Source of the DNA: a virus
DNA: 35,472 bases
Virus record (IMG/VR): IMGVR_UViG_3300028008_000050
Direction: 5' to 3' (one strand)
Part shown: one piece after another, positions 1-6,351 of the stretch
Layout of the letters: the number at the start of each line of letters is the position of its first letter
Position numbering within the stretch: the stretch's first letter is position 1
Program-made: the position numbers and the translations under genes
Notes under the pieces: model-generated
Told to the model about the DNA's origin: nothing
The model's database searches: none
The model's input: only the letters and a program-made list of their open reading frames with translations

Positions 1-1
1 T

Positions 2-223
2 GCTAGTAGTGTTCGTGCTTATATTACACACGGAGTATTAAGTAACGAAGCATGTCAAAAGGTTGAGAAGTCAGTACTAGATGAATTAGTAGTTACTGAT
101 ACTATTCCTAATCGTTGTCCTAAGAACTGTAAGAAAACTAGACAAGTAAGTGTTAGTAACCTATTTGGCGAAGCAATACGCAGAGTTACTAATGAAGAAT
201 CAGTAAGTAGTCTGTTTGTATAA
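2..223 (+). CDS. prs: ribose-phosphate pyrophosphokinase (PRPP synthetase), C-terminal fragment; 5' end lies outside the window
   Basis: Translation from nt 2 gives ...LVVTDTIPN...VSVSNLFGEAIRRVTNEESVSSLFV*. This matches the conserved Prs C-terminus (E. coli ...VVVCDTIP...[22 protein letters not shown]). It is absent from the ORF track because there is no in-window start. Confidence 0.8.
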   Translation, partial: ASSVRAYITHGVLSNEACQKVEKSVLDELVVTDTIPNRCPKNCKKTRQVSVSNLFGEAIRRVTNEESVSSLFV

Positions 224-447
224 TGAATTGGGAAGTACAAGATTTTAGACCAAAGAAACCAGTACCAAGTTGGGCTGAATGGATTTGGCCAAGAGACATG
301 GCTATGTTTATCCTATGGCGATTATTCTTTTGGACTGTAATAATTCCTTTTGTTTTATTTGGTGCAGTACTAACTCCATTAGGACTCTTAATACAAATTC
401 TCGTAATAGATTACTTTACATATCTTCAGTGGAAGAACCAACAGTAA
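223..447 (+). CDS. small membrane protein (two hydrophobic helices), unknown function
   Basis: 74-aa ORF. Its ATG overlaps the prs stop (TAATG). Hydrophobic segments FILWRLFFWTVIIPFVLFGAVL and LGLLIQILVIDYF. Confidence 0.5.
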   Translation: MNWEVQDFRPKKPVPSWAEWIWPRDMAMFILWRLFFWTVIIPFVLFGAVLTPLGLLIQILVIDYFTYLQWKNQQ

Positions 448-453
448 TAAATA
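447..453 (+). promoter_or_regulatory. T4-type late promoter-like motif ATAAATA(C)
   Basis: taATAAATAC lies 30 nt upstream of the HNH gene start. The same motif recurs in front of many genes in this window. Confidence 0.4.
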
Positions 454-483
454 CATACACAGCATAGCAAAGGAGACAATGAT

Positions 484-993
484 TTGTCTGACGTACTTGT
501 ACTTAATGCAGACGCACAACCATTATCATATCTACCCCTATCAGCAATTCAATGGAAAGAAGCAATAACCTATCTGTGGATGGATAAGGTTACAGTATTA
601 GATTGGTATGATGATTGGATTGTAAGTTCTCCTACTTGGGAAACTCGTGTACCGGCTGTGATCATGCTAAAGCAACAACAACGTAAACGGCGGAAGCCTC
701 GCTTCTCTAAAGTAAACTTATACATTCGTGACTTATACACTTGCCAATACTGCGACATACAATTAATTAAAAAAGAACTTACCCTTGATCATGTTATACC
801 TTTGAGTAAAGGTGGACGTACATCTTGGGAAAACATTGTGGCGGCTTGTATGCCTTGTAACACTCGTAAGGGTAACAAAACTGCAATGAAACCTAAACGT
901 GAACCATATGCTCCAGACTATTACGATCTAGTTAACAAGCGTAAACAAATGGATCTAAAGATCAAACACCCTTCCTGGACCAACTACATATAA
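484..993 (+). CDS. HNH endonuclease
   Basis: TTG start with AAAGGAG 7 nt upstream. The C-terminal half has CQYC...LDHVIPLSKGG...WENIVAAC-MPCNTRKGNK, an HNH (beta-beta-alpha-Me) core flanked by two Cys pairs. Confidence 0.8.
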   Translation: MSDVLVLNADAQPLSYLPLSAIQWKEAITYLWMDKVTVLDWYDDWIVSSPTWETRVPAVIMLKQQQRKRRKPRFSKVNLYIRDLYTCQYCDIQLIKKELTLDHVIPLSKGGRTSWENIVAACMPCNTRKGNKTAMKPKREPYAPDYYDLVNKRKQMDLKIKHPSWTNYI

Positions 994-1073
994 TAGTAGT
1001 ATTTAATTATACAACTTAAAGCCATTAAATAAGAGTGTAAATATATTTACACCTAACATGAGAGGGCTCTAGG

Positions 1074-1217
1074 ATGGATTTTCGTTTTACATTGATACTT
1101 CTATTTGCTCTTGCCATGTTAGCATTATTTGTCAAGCCAGGACATGTCCCCCAAGAAAAAATTTATGATCCAGACGAAAAGGCTTGGAACGAAGTTGACG
1201 AAATAATAAACAAATAA
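1074..1217 (+). CDS. small (47 aa) membrane or secreted peptide
   Basis: Below the ORF-track cutoff. ATG preceded by GAGGG. MDFRFTLILLFALAMLALFVKPG... has a hydrophobic N-terminus and is followed by a tandem-hairpin terminator. Confidence 0.4.
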   Translation: MDFRFTLILLFALAMLALFVKPGHVPQEKIYDPDEKAWNEVDEIINK

Positions 1218-1227
1218 GAATGCCCCC

Positions 1228-1283
1228 GAACACTTCCGAGTGTTCAGAAAACCCTCTATAATGATGTAGAGGGTTTTCTTTTT
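1228..1283 (+). terminator. tandem hairpins; the second is a rho-independent terminator
   Basis: GAACACT-tccg-AGTGTTC (1228-1245), then AAAACCCTCTA-taatgatg-TAGAGGGTTTT followed by CTTTTT. Confidence 0.7.
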
Positions 1284-1292
1284 GTTTCACTC

Positions 1293-1323
1293 TTGACTTT
1301 TGCTAAAACCTGTGCTATAAATA
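1293..1323 (+). promoter_or_regulatory. sigma70-like promoter whose -10 doubles as an exact T4 late core
   Basis: TTGACT (1293-1298), 17-nt spacer, TATAAA (1316-1321). TATAAATA is exact at 1316-1323. It lies upstream of the PiT-like gene with a ~120-nt leader containing the hairpin TTGGGC-aacgttga-GCCCAA. Confidence 0.6.
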
Positions 1324-1442
1324 AAACTGTTTGTATAATTGTTCGAATTATGCAAAGCATGGAAGTTGGGCAACGTTGAGCCCAATCTCTTTTAACTTGT
1401 GAGCGATGTGGTAAAAGCATCAAGCAGATAGGAGAAATAATA

Positions 1443-2402
1443 ATGGACGCACTCACCCTATGGATGGCAATCGGATTTCTTTTCGCGGCCTATTCAGTAA
1501 TAGCAAATGATTCAGTACAAACACTAGGTACATGGATCGCAAGTAATAACGATAAATTCAATTGGAAAATTATGTGGGGGTGTGCAAGTGCAGTTCTCCT
1601 TTATACATTGTGGTACGGTTGGACAGTAAATGGTGGAGACATCAGTTACGGTAGACTTAACAAGATACCGTTCCAAGAAATACAATGGTACCATGCGGCG
1701 GCACCAGGACTACTATTAATACTAACAAGAATTGGCGTACCAGTGAGTACGTCATTTTTAGTTTTAAGTGCCTTTGCAAGTACATTTGTATTAGAGAAGA
1801 TGCTCGTAAAGAGTATGATGGGATATGCAGTCGCGGCTGTGGCGGCATATTGTATTTGGATAGTGGTTACTAAACTACTAGATGAAGCAAAGCCTGTTAA
1901 AGAAGAACATAAGAAAGCATGGCGTGTAGCACAATGGGTAACAACAGGCTTCCTGTGGTTTACTTGGCTCAGTCATGACATGGCAAACATTGCCGTGTTC
2001 CTACCTAGAGAGATACCTTGGGACTTAATGGTTATTATCTCACTTGTATTTGTAGGCGGACTTGCTTATATGTTTAAAGAAGGCGGAGGTAAGATACAAA
2101 AGATTGTTATTGAAAAGCACAATACAAGATATGTTCGTAGTGCTACTATCATTGACGGTGTGTATTGGTTGATCCTTTGGTTCTTCAAAGAGTATAACGA
2201 TATACCTATGTCGACAACTTGGGTGTTCGTTGGACTATTATGTGGACGTGAACTTGCTATGGCAACTATGACAGGCAAGGAAAAGTTCAAGACAGTATTT
2301 CCACTTGTAACTAAAGACTTCATTAAGATGATGATTGGCTTGGGTGCTTCTGTGGGAGTAGTGTTAATGATACACTATGTTATCGTACCAAACGGATATT
2401 AA
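1443..2402 (+). CDS. PiT/PHO4-family inorganic phosphate permease-like membrane protein
   Basis: 319-aa polytopic membrane protein. VIANDSVQTLGT resembles the PiT signature GANDvaNaiGt. GVPVSTSFLVLSAF resembles GlPVSTTHxxxGa. Its size is similar to short bacterial Pit proteins. Confidence 0.6.
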   Translation: MDALTLWMAIGFLFAAYSVIANDSVQTLGTWIASNNDKFNWKIMWGCASAVLLYTLWYGWTVNGGDISYGRLNKIPFQEIQWYHAAAPGLLLILTRIGVPVSTSFLVLSAFASTFVLEKMLVKSMMGYAVAAVAAYCIWIVVTKLLDEAKPVKEEHKKAWRVAQWVTTGFLWFTWLSHDMANIAVFLPREIPWDLMVIISLVFVGGLAYMFKEGGGKIQKIVIEKHNTRYVRSATIIDGVYWLILWFFKEYNDIPMSTTWVFVGLLCGRELAMATMTGKEKFKTVFPLVTKDFIKMMIGLGASVGVVLMIHYVIVPNGY

Positions 2403-2770
2403 AGTTTAATTTCTGTTAAACCATTTTCCCTATCAAGGTATTTAAAATCTATCTTGGTAGGGTTATATTTTTGCAACCAATCAAATACTATATTAGGATC
2501 AAATACTCCGCAAGTATATACATCAAGTTGTATCATAGCAGGATCTGTTTCATCCCATGTGTGTATTATAACATGACTAGTTTCTATAATAGTAGCAACA
2601 GTCAACCCTCTATTACCTTTCATATTACAATATTTGGCATATGGTCCCATTAGGATCTTCATACCTATTGCTTCTATCAAGGCTTTTACATCATTACTTG
2701 TAAGGGTTTCATCTGTTGGCGGATTAGTAACTTCCGCTCGAATTATCACATGTTTGTGAACTAACTGCAT
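2399..2770 (-). CDS. speD: S-adenosylmethionine decarboxylase proenzyme, small pyruvoyl (SpeH/SpeD) type
   Basis: 123 aa. IIETSHVIIHTWDE matches the self-processing E-S site and the HTWPE motif of small AdoMetDC enzymes (B. subtilis ...ESHLTIHTWPE). Confidence 0.8.
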   Translation of the reverse strand: MQLVHKHVIIRAEVTNPPTDETLTSNDVKALIEAIGMKILMGPYAKYCNMKGNRGLTVATIIETSHVIIHTWDETDPAMIQLDVYTCGVFDPNIVFDWLQKYNPTKIDFKYLDRENGLTEIKL

Positions 2771-2782
2771 TTATGTCAGAGT

Positions 2783-2790
2783 TATTTATA
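2783..2790 (-). promoter_or_regulatory. exact T4-type late promoter core TATAAATA (minus strand)
   Basis: The reverse complement of tatttata lies 12 nt upstream of the speD ATG, divergent from the motif at 2802-2808. Confidence 0.45.
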
Positions 2791-2801
2791 ACAAAGTTCT
2801 A

Positions 2802-2808
2802 ATAAATA
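2802..2808 (+). promoter_or_regulatory. late promoter-like motif ATAAATAC
   Basis: ctaATAAATACtc lies 24 nt upstream of the lipase ATG. Confidence 0.45.
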
Positions 2809-2832
2809 CTCATATTACTGAGAGGGAAAACG

Positions 2833-3627
2833 ATGATACCAGAACAAGGGATTATGACTATGAACTTCAAGCAAAGAAGTTTATTGTTTGCAAAAATAAG
2901 CCAAATTGCTTACTTAAATAAAGCCAATGCTACAAAGCAGGCTAAAAAAATAGGTTTTACAACTGTAGAGTACTACGATGTAAAAGGAGCTCAATCTTAC
3001 CGTTTTATGAATAAACGTGATTTAGTTATAGCTTGTAGGGGAACAGAGCCAACACAATATGCTGATATTAAAGCTGATGCCAATGCATTGCCAGTTATAG
3101 CAGAAACAGTTAGTAGAGTACACAAAGGATTCAAAGGGCAAGTAGACGAGCTATGGCCAGCTATTAGAGAAGACTTAACTCGTACACAAAATAAAAATAA
3201 AGATGTGTGGTTTACAGGACACAGTTTAGGAGCGGCAATGGCAACTATTATGGCTAGTCGTTGTATGTTCTTTGAGCTAGTACCTAACCCAGAAGAACTT
3301 TACACATACGGATCACCAAGAGTAGGTTGGAAAGGTTACGTTGATAGTTTAGGCATTACCCATCATCGTTGGAAGAACAATAACGATATAGTAACAACTG
3401 TTCCTCTTGCAATTATGGGTTTCAAACATCACGGAACTATGCACTACCTAAACAGTTATGGAAATGTACGTAGACCTACTGGTTGGCAAATGATTAAAGA
3501 TAGATTACGTGGCATGTGGACAGGAATCAAAAAAGGAAAAATAGATAACTTTTCAGATCATTTGATTCATAACTACATTGAACATTTACAAAACTACAAA
3601 GACGGAAAAGAAAACCCACAAAAATAA
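2833..3627 (+). CDS. class 3 (fungal-type) lipase / alpha-beta hydrolase
   Basis: GAGGG SD. Motifs ACRGTEP, VHKGF, nucleophile elbow FTGHSLGAAMA, YTYGSPRVG, NNNDIVTTVP and a distal His. All are typical of the Lipase_3 family. Confidence 0.8.
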   Translation: MIPEQGIMTMNFKQRSLLFAKISQIAYLNKANATKQAKKIGFTTVEYYDVKGAQSYRFMNKRDLVIACRGTEPTQYADIKADANALPVIAETVSRVHKGFKGQVDELWPAIREDLTRTQNKNKDVWFTGHSLGAAMATIMASRCMFFELVPNPEELYTYGSPRVGWKGYVDSLGITHHRWKNNNDIVTTVPLAIMGFKHHGTMHYLNSYGNVRRPTGWQMIKDRLRGMWTGIKKGKIDNFSDHLIHNYIEHLQNYKDGKENPQK

Positions 3628-3630
3628 AAT

Positions 3631-3819
3631 ATGACTCGTAAAACAAATACCATGTTGATAGGCCTACTTGGTACTATACTTCTAGGCTTAGCTTCATGGA
3701 CATTGATTACATTGATGGAGTTACAGATACTAGTTAGTATGATTGAACAAGACCTAATAAGTATTGACAAACAGTTTGGTCGTGTGTACAACTTTATAGA
3801 TAGTGTTAGACAACGTTAA
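3631..3819 (+). CDS. small single-pass membrane protein
   Basis: 62-aa ORF starting 4 nt after the lipase stop, with TM segment MLIGLLGTILLGLASWTLITL. Confidence 0.45.
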   Translation: MTRKTNTMLIGLLGTILLGLASWTLITLMELQILVSMIEQDLISIDKQFGRVYNFIDSVRQR

Positions 3820-3821
3820 GT

Positions 3822-3895
3822 TGGCATAGGTGGAGGGAATCGAACCCCCATTAACTGGTTTGGAATCAGTTGTGTTACCATTACACCACACCCAT
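3822..3895 (-). tRNA. tRNA-Trp (anticodon CCA)
   Basis: Minus strand: ATGGGTG TG GTGT AATGGTA ACAC A ACTGA TTCCAAA CCAGT TAAT GGGGG TTCGATT CCCTC CACCTAT G CCA. Cloverleaf with encoded CCA and G73. It has an A31/C39 mismatch and a G3:U70 wobble. Confidence 0.75.
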
Positions 3896-3932
3896 AAAAA
3901 AAGCCCCTAATAAAATTAATTACTAGGGGCTT
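3896..3932 (-). terminator. rho-independent terminator (minus strand) downstream of iscU
   Basis: Minus strand AGCCCCTA-(14-nt loop)-TAGGGGCT followed by T7, directly abutting the tRNA-Trp 5' end. Confidence 0.65.
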
Positions 3933-4075
3933 CGCAATATAACTTTTTTTAGAAAGTCACATCAAGACATACCCCTCAAGGGCCAACATAATTGTGTTCT
4001 GATAGTCTTTGACATGTTTGAAATTTTCCTGTGTTCTTAGTTATACATATAATATAACATCTGTATTTAGTGTTG

Positions 4076-4456
4076 TCAACCTTTTATTTTAGATTTATAA
4101 TCTTTTATTGCAGATTTAATTGCATCTTCGGCTAGAACTGAACAATGTATTTTAACTGGCGGTAATGCAAGTTCTTCTACAATGTCCATATTCTTTACTG
4201 CTGATGCTTCGTCTAGTGTCATACCTTTAACCATCTCAGTTACTAAACTTGAACTTGCTATTGCACTACCGCAACCATAAGTTTTAAATTTAGCATCTGT
4301 TATTATACCTTCTTCAACTTCTATCTGTAGACGCATAACATCACCACATGCTGGTGCACCTACCATTCCTGTTCCTATATTATCTTTCTTTGGATCAAAT
4401 GTTCCGACGTTGCGTGGGTTTTCGTAATGGTCAAGTACCTTTTCAGAGTATGCCAT
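4076..4456 (-). CDS. iscU: IscU/NifU-type Fe-S cluster assembly scaffold
   Basis: 126 aa. YENPRNVG, GAPACGDVM, KFKTYGCGSAIASSS and LPPVKIHCSVLAEDAIK include the three conserved Cys ligands. There is near full-length similarity to bacterial IscU. Confidence 0.9.
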   Translation of the reverse strand: MAYSEKVLDHYENPRNVGTFDPKKDNIGTGMVGAPACGDVMRLQIEVEEGIITDAKFKTYGCGSAIASSSLVTEMVKGMTLDEASAVKNMDIVEELALPPVKIHCSVLAEDAIKSAIKDYKSKIKG

Positions 4457-4483
4457 ATTAGCCTCGTGTAGTTATACTACATC

Positions 4484-4491
4484 TATTTATA
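4484..4491 (-). promoter_or_regulatory. exact TATAAATA late core (minus strand) upstream of iscU
   Basis: Reverse complement of tatttata, between the 100-nt tRNA and the iscU ATG (27 nt upstream). Confidence 0.45.
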
Positions 4492-4499
4492 ACTTATAT

Positions 4500-4599
4500 T
4501 GGCTCTGGGGGAAGGACTCGAACCTCCACGATAAATAATTTGCCGTCATTTACCACACGAGAAACAATCGTGCGTGTCTACCAATTTCACCACCCCAGA
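4500..4599 (-). tRNA. atypical 100-nt tRNA or tRNA-like gene; the canonical-position anticodon reads GUU (Asn) and there is a 25-nt extra arm
   Basis: Minus strand: TCTGGGG TG GTG AAATTGGTAGA CAC G CACGA TTGTTTC TCGTG T GGTAAAT GACGGCAAATT ATTTATC GT GGAGG TTCGAGT CCTTC CCCCAGA G CCA. The acceptor and T arms are good and CCA is encoded. The anticodon loop has U37 instead of a purine. The isotype is uncertain. Confidence 0.6.
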
Positions 4600-4605
4600 T
4601 TATTC

Positions 4606-5436
4606 TTATACTTTGTTAATCTTTTCTAGTGCAGGAATCATACGTGTTATACCTATGCCTCCGCCTACTCTTTGAAAGAAGTCAAACTCTAAGAACTTTT
4701 CTAGTTCCGCTTCAACTCTTTCCTTACCGAATAGTTTGAATAGTAACTCTGAATAAGCACCGTCTGTAATACTATGGAATGTATCACGCATCATATCAAC
4801 ATCACATGAGCGTTCTGCTGATCCAATAGTTTCCATACCACCTAGTATAACGTCCATCTTCTTTGCAGTATTTCCGTCATCGTTTCTAGCCATGTTCCAG
4901 AAAGGTGATGTTAGTTCAGGGAAGTTTGTAATAAGTGTTTGACCAAACTCTTTTTCCATTGCAAGTTCGTGTTCTGCTTCCATTTCTGTATCAGCACTTA
5001 GTCCAAAGTGTTGTTGCCATTCAGCATAAGTCTTTTCTGTAATGTTGCCAAAGCCTAAGTATTCACATAGTTCATACTCCATTGCTTTTAGATCATCTAC
5101 ATTACCTGGCATTTCAAATTCAAACATTGGAAATATTATATCATGTCTGCCTGGTATTGCGTTTGGTTCCTGTCTATAGGAAGTGGAGACACAAAAAAAC
5201 CCCTTACTATCGGGGCTACTTAATAATTCATGTTCTAACCACATCTGGCCTGTTTGCGGCAATGGCCAAACCTGGCCTGCGTAATTGTATGTTGCTACAT
5301 TGAATGGATCTTCACATGCGGCAAGTATGCTTAGTCTGTTTTGGGTATGGACTTCTAAAAATCCTTTATCCAAAAAAAATGACCTTAAAAGGCCAACTGT
5401 CTTCGTAAATTTATTTGGGGATATCAACTGCGTCAT
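4606..5436 (-). CDS. class II aminoacyl-tRNA synthetase catalytic-core paralog, AsnA (aspartate-ammonia ligase)/AsnRS-like, without an anticodon-binding domain
   Basis: Start re-set to ATG 5436 (AAGGA 10 nt upstream); the track start at 5481 is a TTG. Motif 1 is KGFLEVHT. PLPQTGQMWLE compares with AspRS/AsnRS LPQSPQL. Motif 2 is SYRQEPNAIPGRHDIIFPMFEFE. GMETIGSAERS is also present. Motif 3 is VGGGIGITRM, compared with E. coli AsnA GGGIGQSR. Confidence 0.7.
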   Translation of the reverse strand: MTQLISPNKFTKTVGLLRSFFLDKGFLEVHTQNRLSILAACEDPFNVATYNYAGQVWPLPQTGQMWLEHELLSSPDSKGFFCVSTSYRQEPNAIPGRHDIIFPMFEFEMPGNVDDLKAMEYELCEYLGFGNITEKTYAEWQQHFGLSADTEMEAEHELAMEKEFGQTLITNFPELTSPFWNMARNDDGNTAKKMDVILGGMETIGSAERSCDVDMMRDTFHSITDGAYSELLFKLFGKERVEAELEKFLEFDFFQRVGGGIGITRMIPALEKINKV

Positions 5437-5490
5437 TTTCTTTTTTTCCTTTTCATTAGTCAAAAAAAATTTGCTCAACAAGTGCCGAGC

Positions 5491-5661
5491 TTAATTTTCC
5501 TTCTCATTATTTATCCTCGCGACTCCTGTTTTGCCGCAATGCGGACAATGGAAAGTGTAACGTTCAATACGTAACTTTTCTTCCATTGTCGCATAGGTGA
5601 ACCAGTTAGAACAACTAGTGCAAGTTAAATGCCATATGATCTCTTTAACAGCATTAAACAT
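5491..5661 (-). CDS. small zinc-ribbon protein (56 aa)
   Basis: Below the track cutoff. MFNAVKEIIWHLTCTSCSNWF...ERYTFHCPHCGKTGVARINNEKEN has CxxC...CxxC. Its ATG abuts the upstream stop (TAGATG). Confidence 0.5.
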   Translation of the reverse strand: MFNAVKEIIWHLTCTSCSNWFTYATMEEKLRIERYTFHCPHCGKTGVARINNEKEN

Positions 5662-5823
5662 CTAATCTTGTAATCCTATACAAGGAATAAGAATAGATTG
5701 CTTACAGTTATCTGGATAAGCAATAGCTGAACCAAGTATAGGCATACCTACCATACCAATAATGATAATCAAGAACGCCCATCCTAGTCCTTTTAGTGTG
5801 CAATAATTAGTTTGCTCACTCAT
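5662..5823 (-). CDS. small membrane protein (53 aa)
   Basis: Start re-set to MSEQTNY... The ATGAGTGA overlap with the upstream gene gives translational coupling. TM segment GWAFLIIIIGMVGMPILGSAI. Confidence 0.45.
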   Translation of the reverse strand: MSEQTNYCTLKGLGWAFLIIIIGMVGMPILGSAIAYPDNCKQSILIPCIGLQD

Positions 5824-6109
5824 GTTCGCCACCTGCTCCGCGACCAAAGCCGCCAAAGTACTCTGGCTTACGTTTTGCAGTTTCAAATGTTGCAACAGTG
5901 ACCGCTATGGCACCAAGTAATAATGTGTGTAGTACCATACTGAACACACCCATGTACATGCTACCTACAATGATACCAAATACTGTACACCACATCCATG
6001 CAAGAACTTGCATAATCATATGTCGTGTACTAAAGTCTGGAATAACACTTAACGGATTCTTTTCATGATCCATTACTACATTCCAACTGTCGTATACCCA
6101 TTTCCTCAT
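5816..6109 (-). CDS. membrane protein (97 aa), unknown function
   Basis: Start re-set to MRKWVYD... with AAGGAG 6 nt upstream. It has two hydrophobic helices and a Gly-rich C-terminus. Confidence 0.5.
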   Translation of the reverse strand: MRKWVYDSWNVVMDHEKNPLSVIPDFSTRHMIMQVLAWMWCTVFGIIVGSMYMGVFSMVLHTLLLGAIAVTVATFETAKRKPEYFGGFGRGAGGEHE

Positions 6110-6143
6110 AAGAGTCTCCTTTTGCTTGTCTATACGTACGACT

Positions 6144-6172
6144 AATGTAACATAGGAATTGACGGTTGTCAA
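6144..6172 (-). promoter_or_regulatory. sigma70-like promoter (minus strand)
   Basis: Minus strand TTGACA-accgtcaattcctatgt(17)-TACATT, immediately downstream of the tRNA-Thr 3' end and upstream of the 6109 gene. Confidence 0.5.
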
Positions 6173-6180
6173 CCTAAAAG

Positions 6181-6256
6181 TGGTGCCGGCACACGGACTC
6201 GAACCGCGGACCTACTGATTACAAATCAGTTGCTCTACCAACTGAGCTATGCCGGC
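6181..6256 (-). tRNA. tRNA-Thr (anticodon UGU)
   Basis: Minus strand: GCCGGCA TA GCTC AGTTGGTA GAGC A ACTGA TTTGTAA TCAGT AGGTC CGCGG TTCGAGT CCGTG TGCCGGC A CCA. Confidence 0.9.
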
Positions 6257-6258
6257 CT

Positions 6259-6332
6259 TGGAGCGGGTGAGGAGAATCGAACTCCTATCATTAGCTTGGA
6301 AGGCTAAGGTCTTACCATTACACAACACCCGC
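6259..6332 (-). tRNA. tRNA-Gly (anticodon UCC), T4-like
   Basis: Minus strand: GCGGGTG TT GTGT AATGGTA AGAC C TTAGC CTTCCAA GCTAA TGAT AGGAG TTCGATT CTCCT CACCCGC T CCA. U73 is typical of Gly. It closely resembles phage T4 tRNA-Gly. Confidence 0.85.
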
Positions 6333-6351
6333 TCATGTGTTTAATATACAT

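Noticed and set aside
484-993. HNH gene as a mobile homing element.
   Set aside because: There are no flanking repeats, no disrupted target gene and no intron or intein context. It is a free-standing CDS with normal phage expression signals. Mobility cannot be inferred from this window.
1322-1442. Pho box or riboswitch in the leader of the PiT-like gene.
   Set aside because: CTGTTTGTATAATTGTTCG only loosely resembles paired CTGTCAT pho-box repeats. The single hairpin is too small to assign to any known riboswitch class by eye. It is kept only as a structured leader within finding 1.
4500-4599. Intron-containing tRNA as the explanation for the 100-nt length.
   Set aside because: The extra 25 nt sit in the variable-arm position, not at 37/38. 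The length is far too short for a group I intron and there is no bulge-helix-bulge motif. Using the distal ATCGTG helix as the anticodon stem would leave no variable region before the T arm.
4606-5481. N-terminal extensions given by the ORF track for several genes: 4606..5481, 5816..6172, 5662..5895, 6672..7409, 27833..28240, 31288..31770, 33857..34327 and 15482..15697.
   Set aside because: The first codons are TTG or GTG, or the extensions run through promoters, upstream genes or divergent genes. Downstream ATGs have proper SD spacing, a stop-start overlap, or start exactly at a signal peptide.
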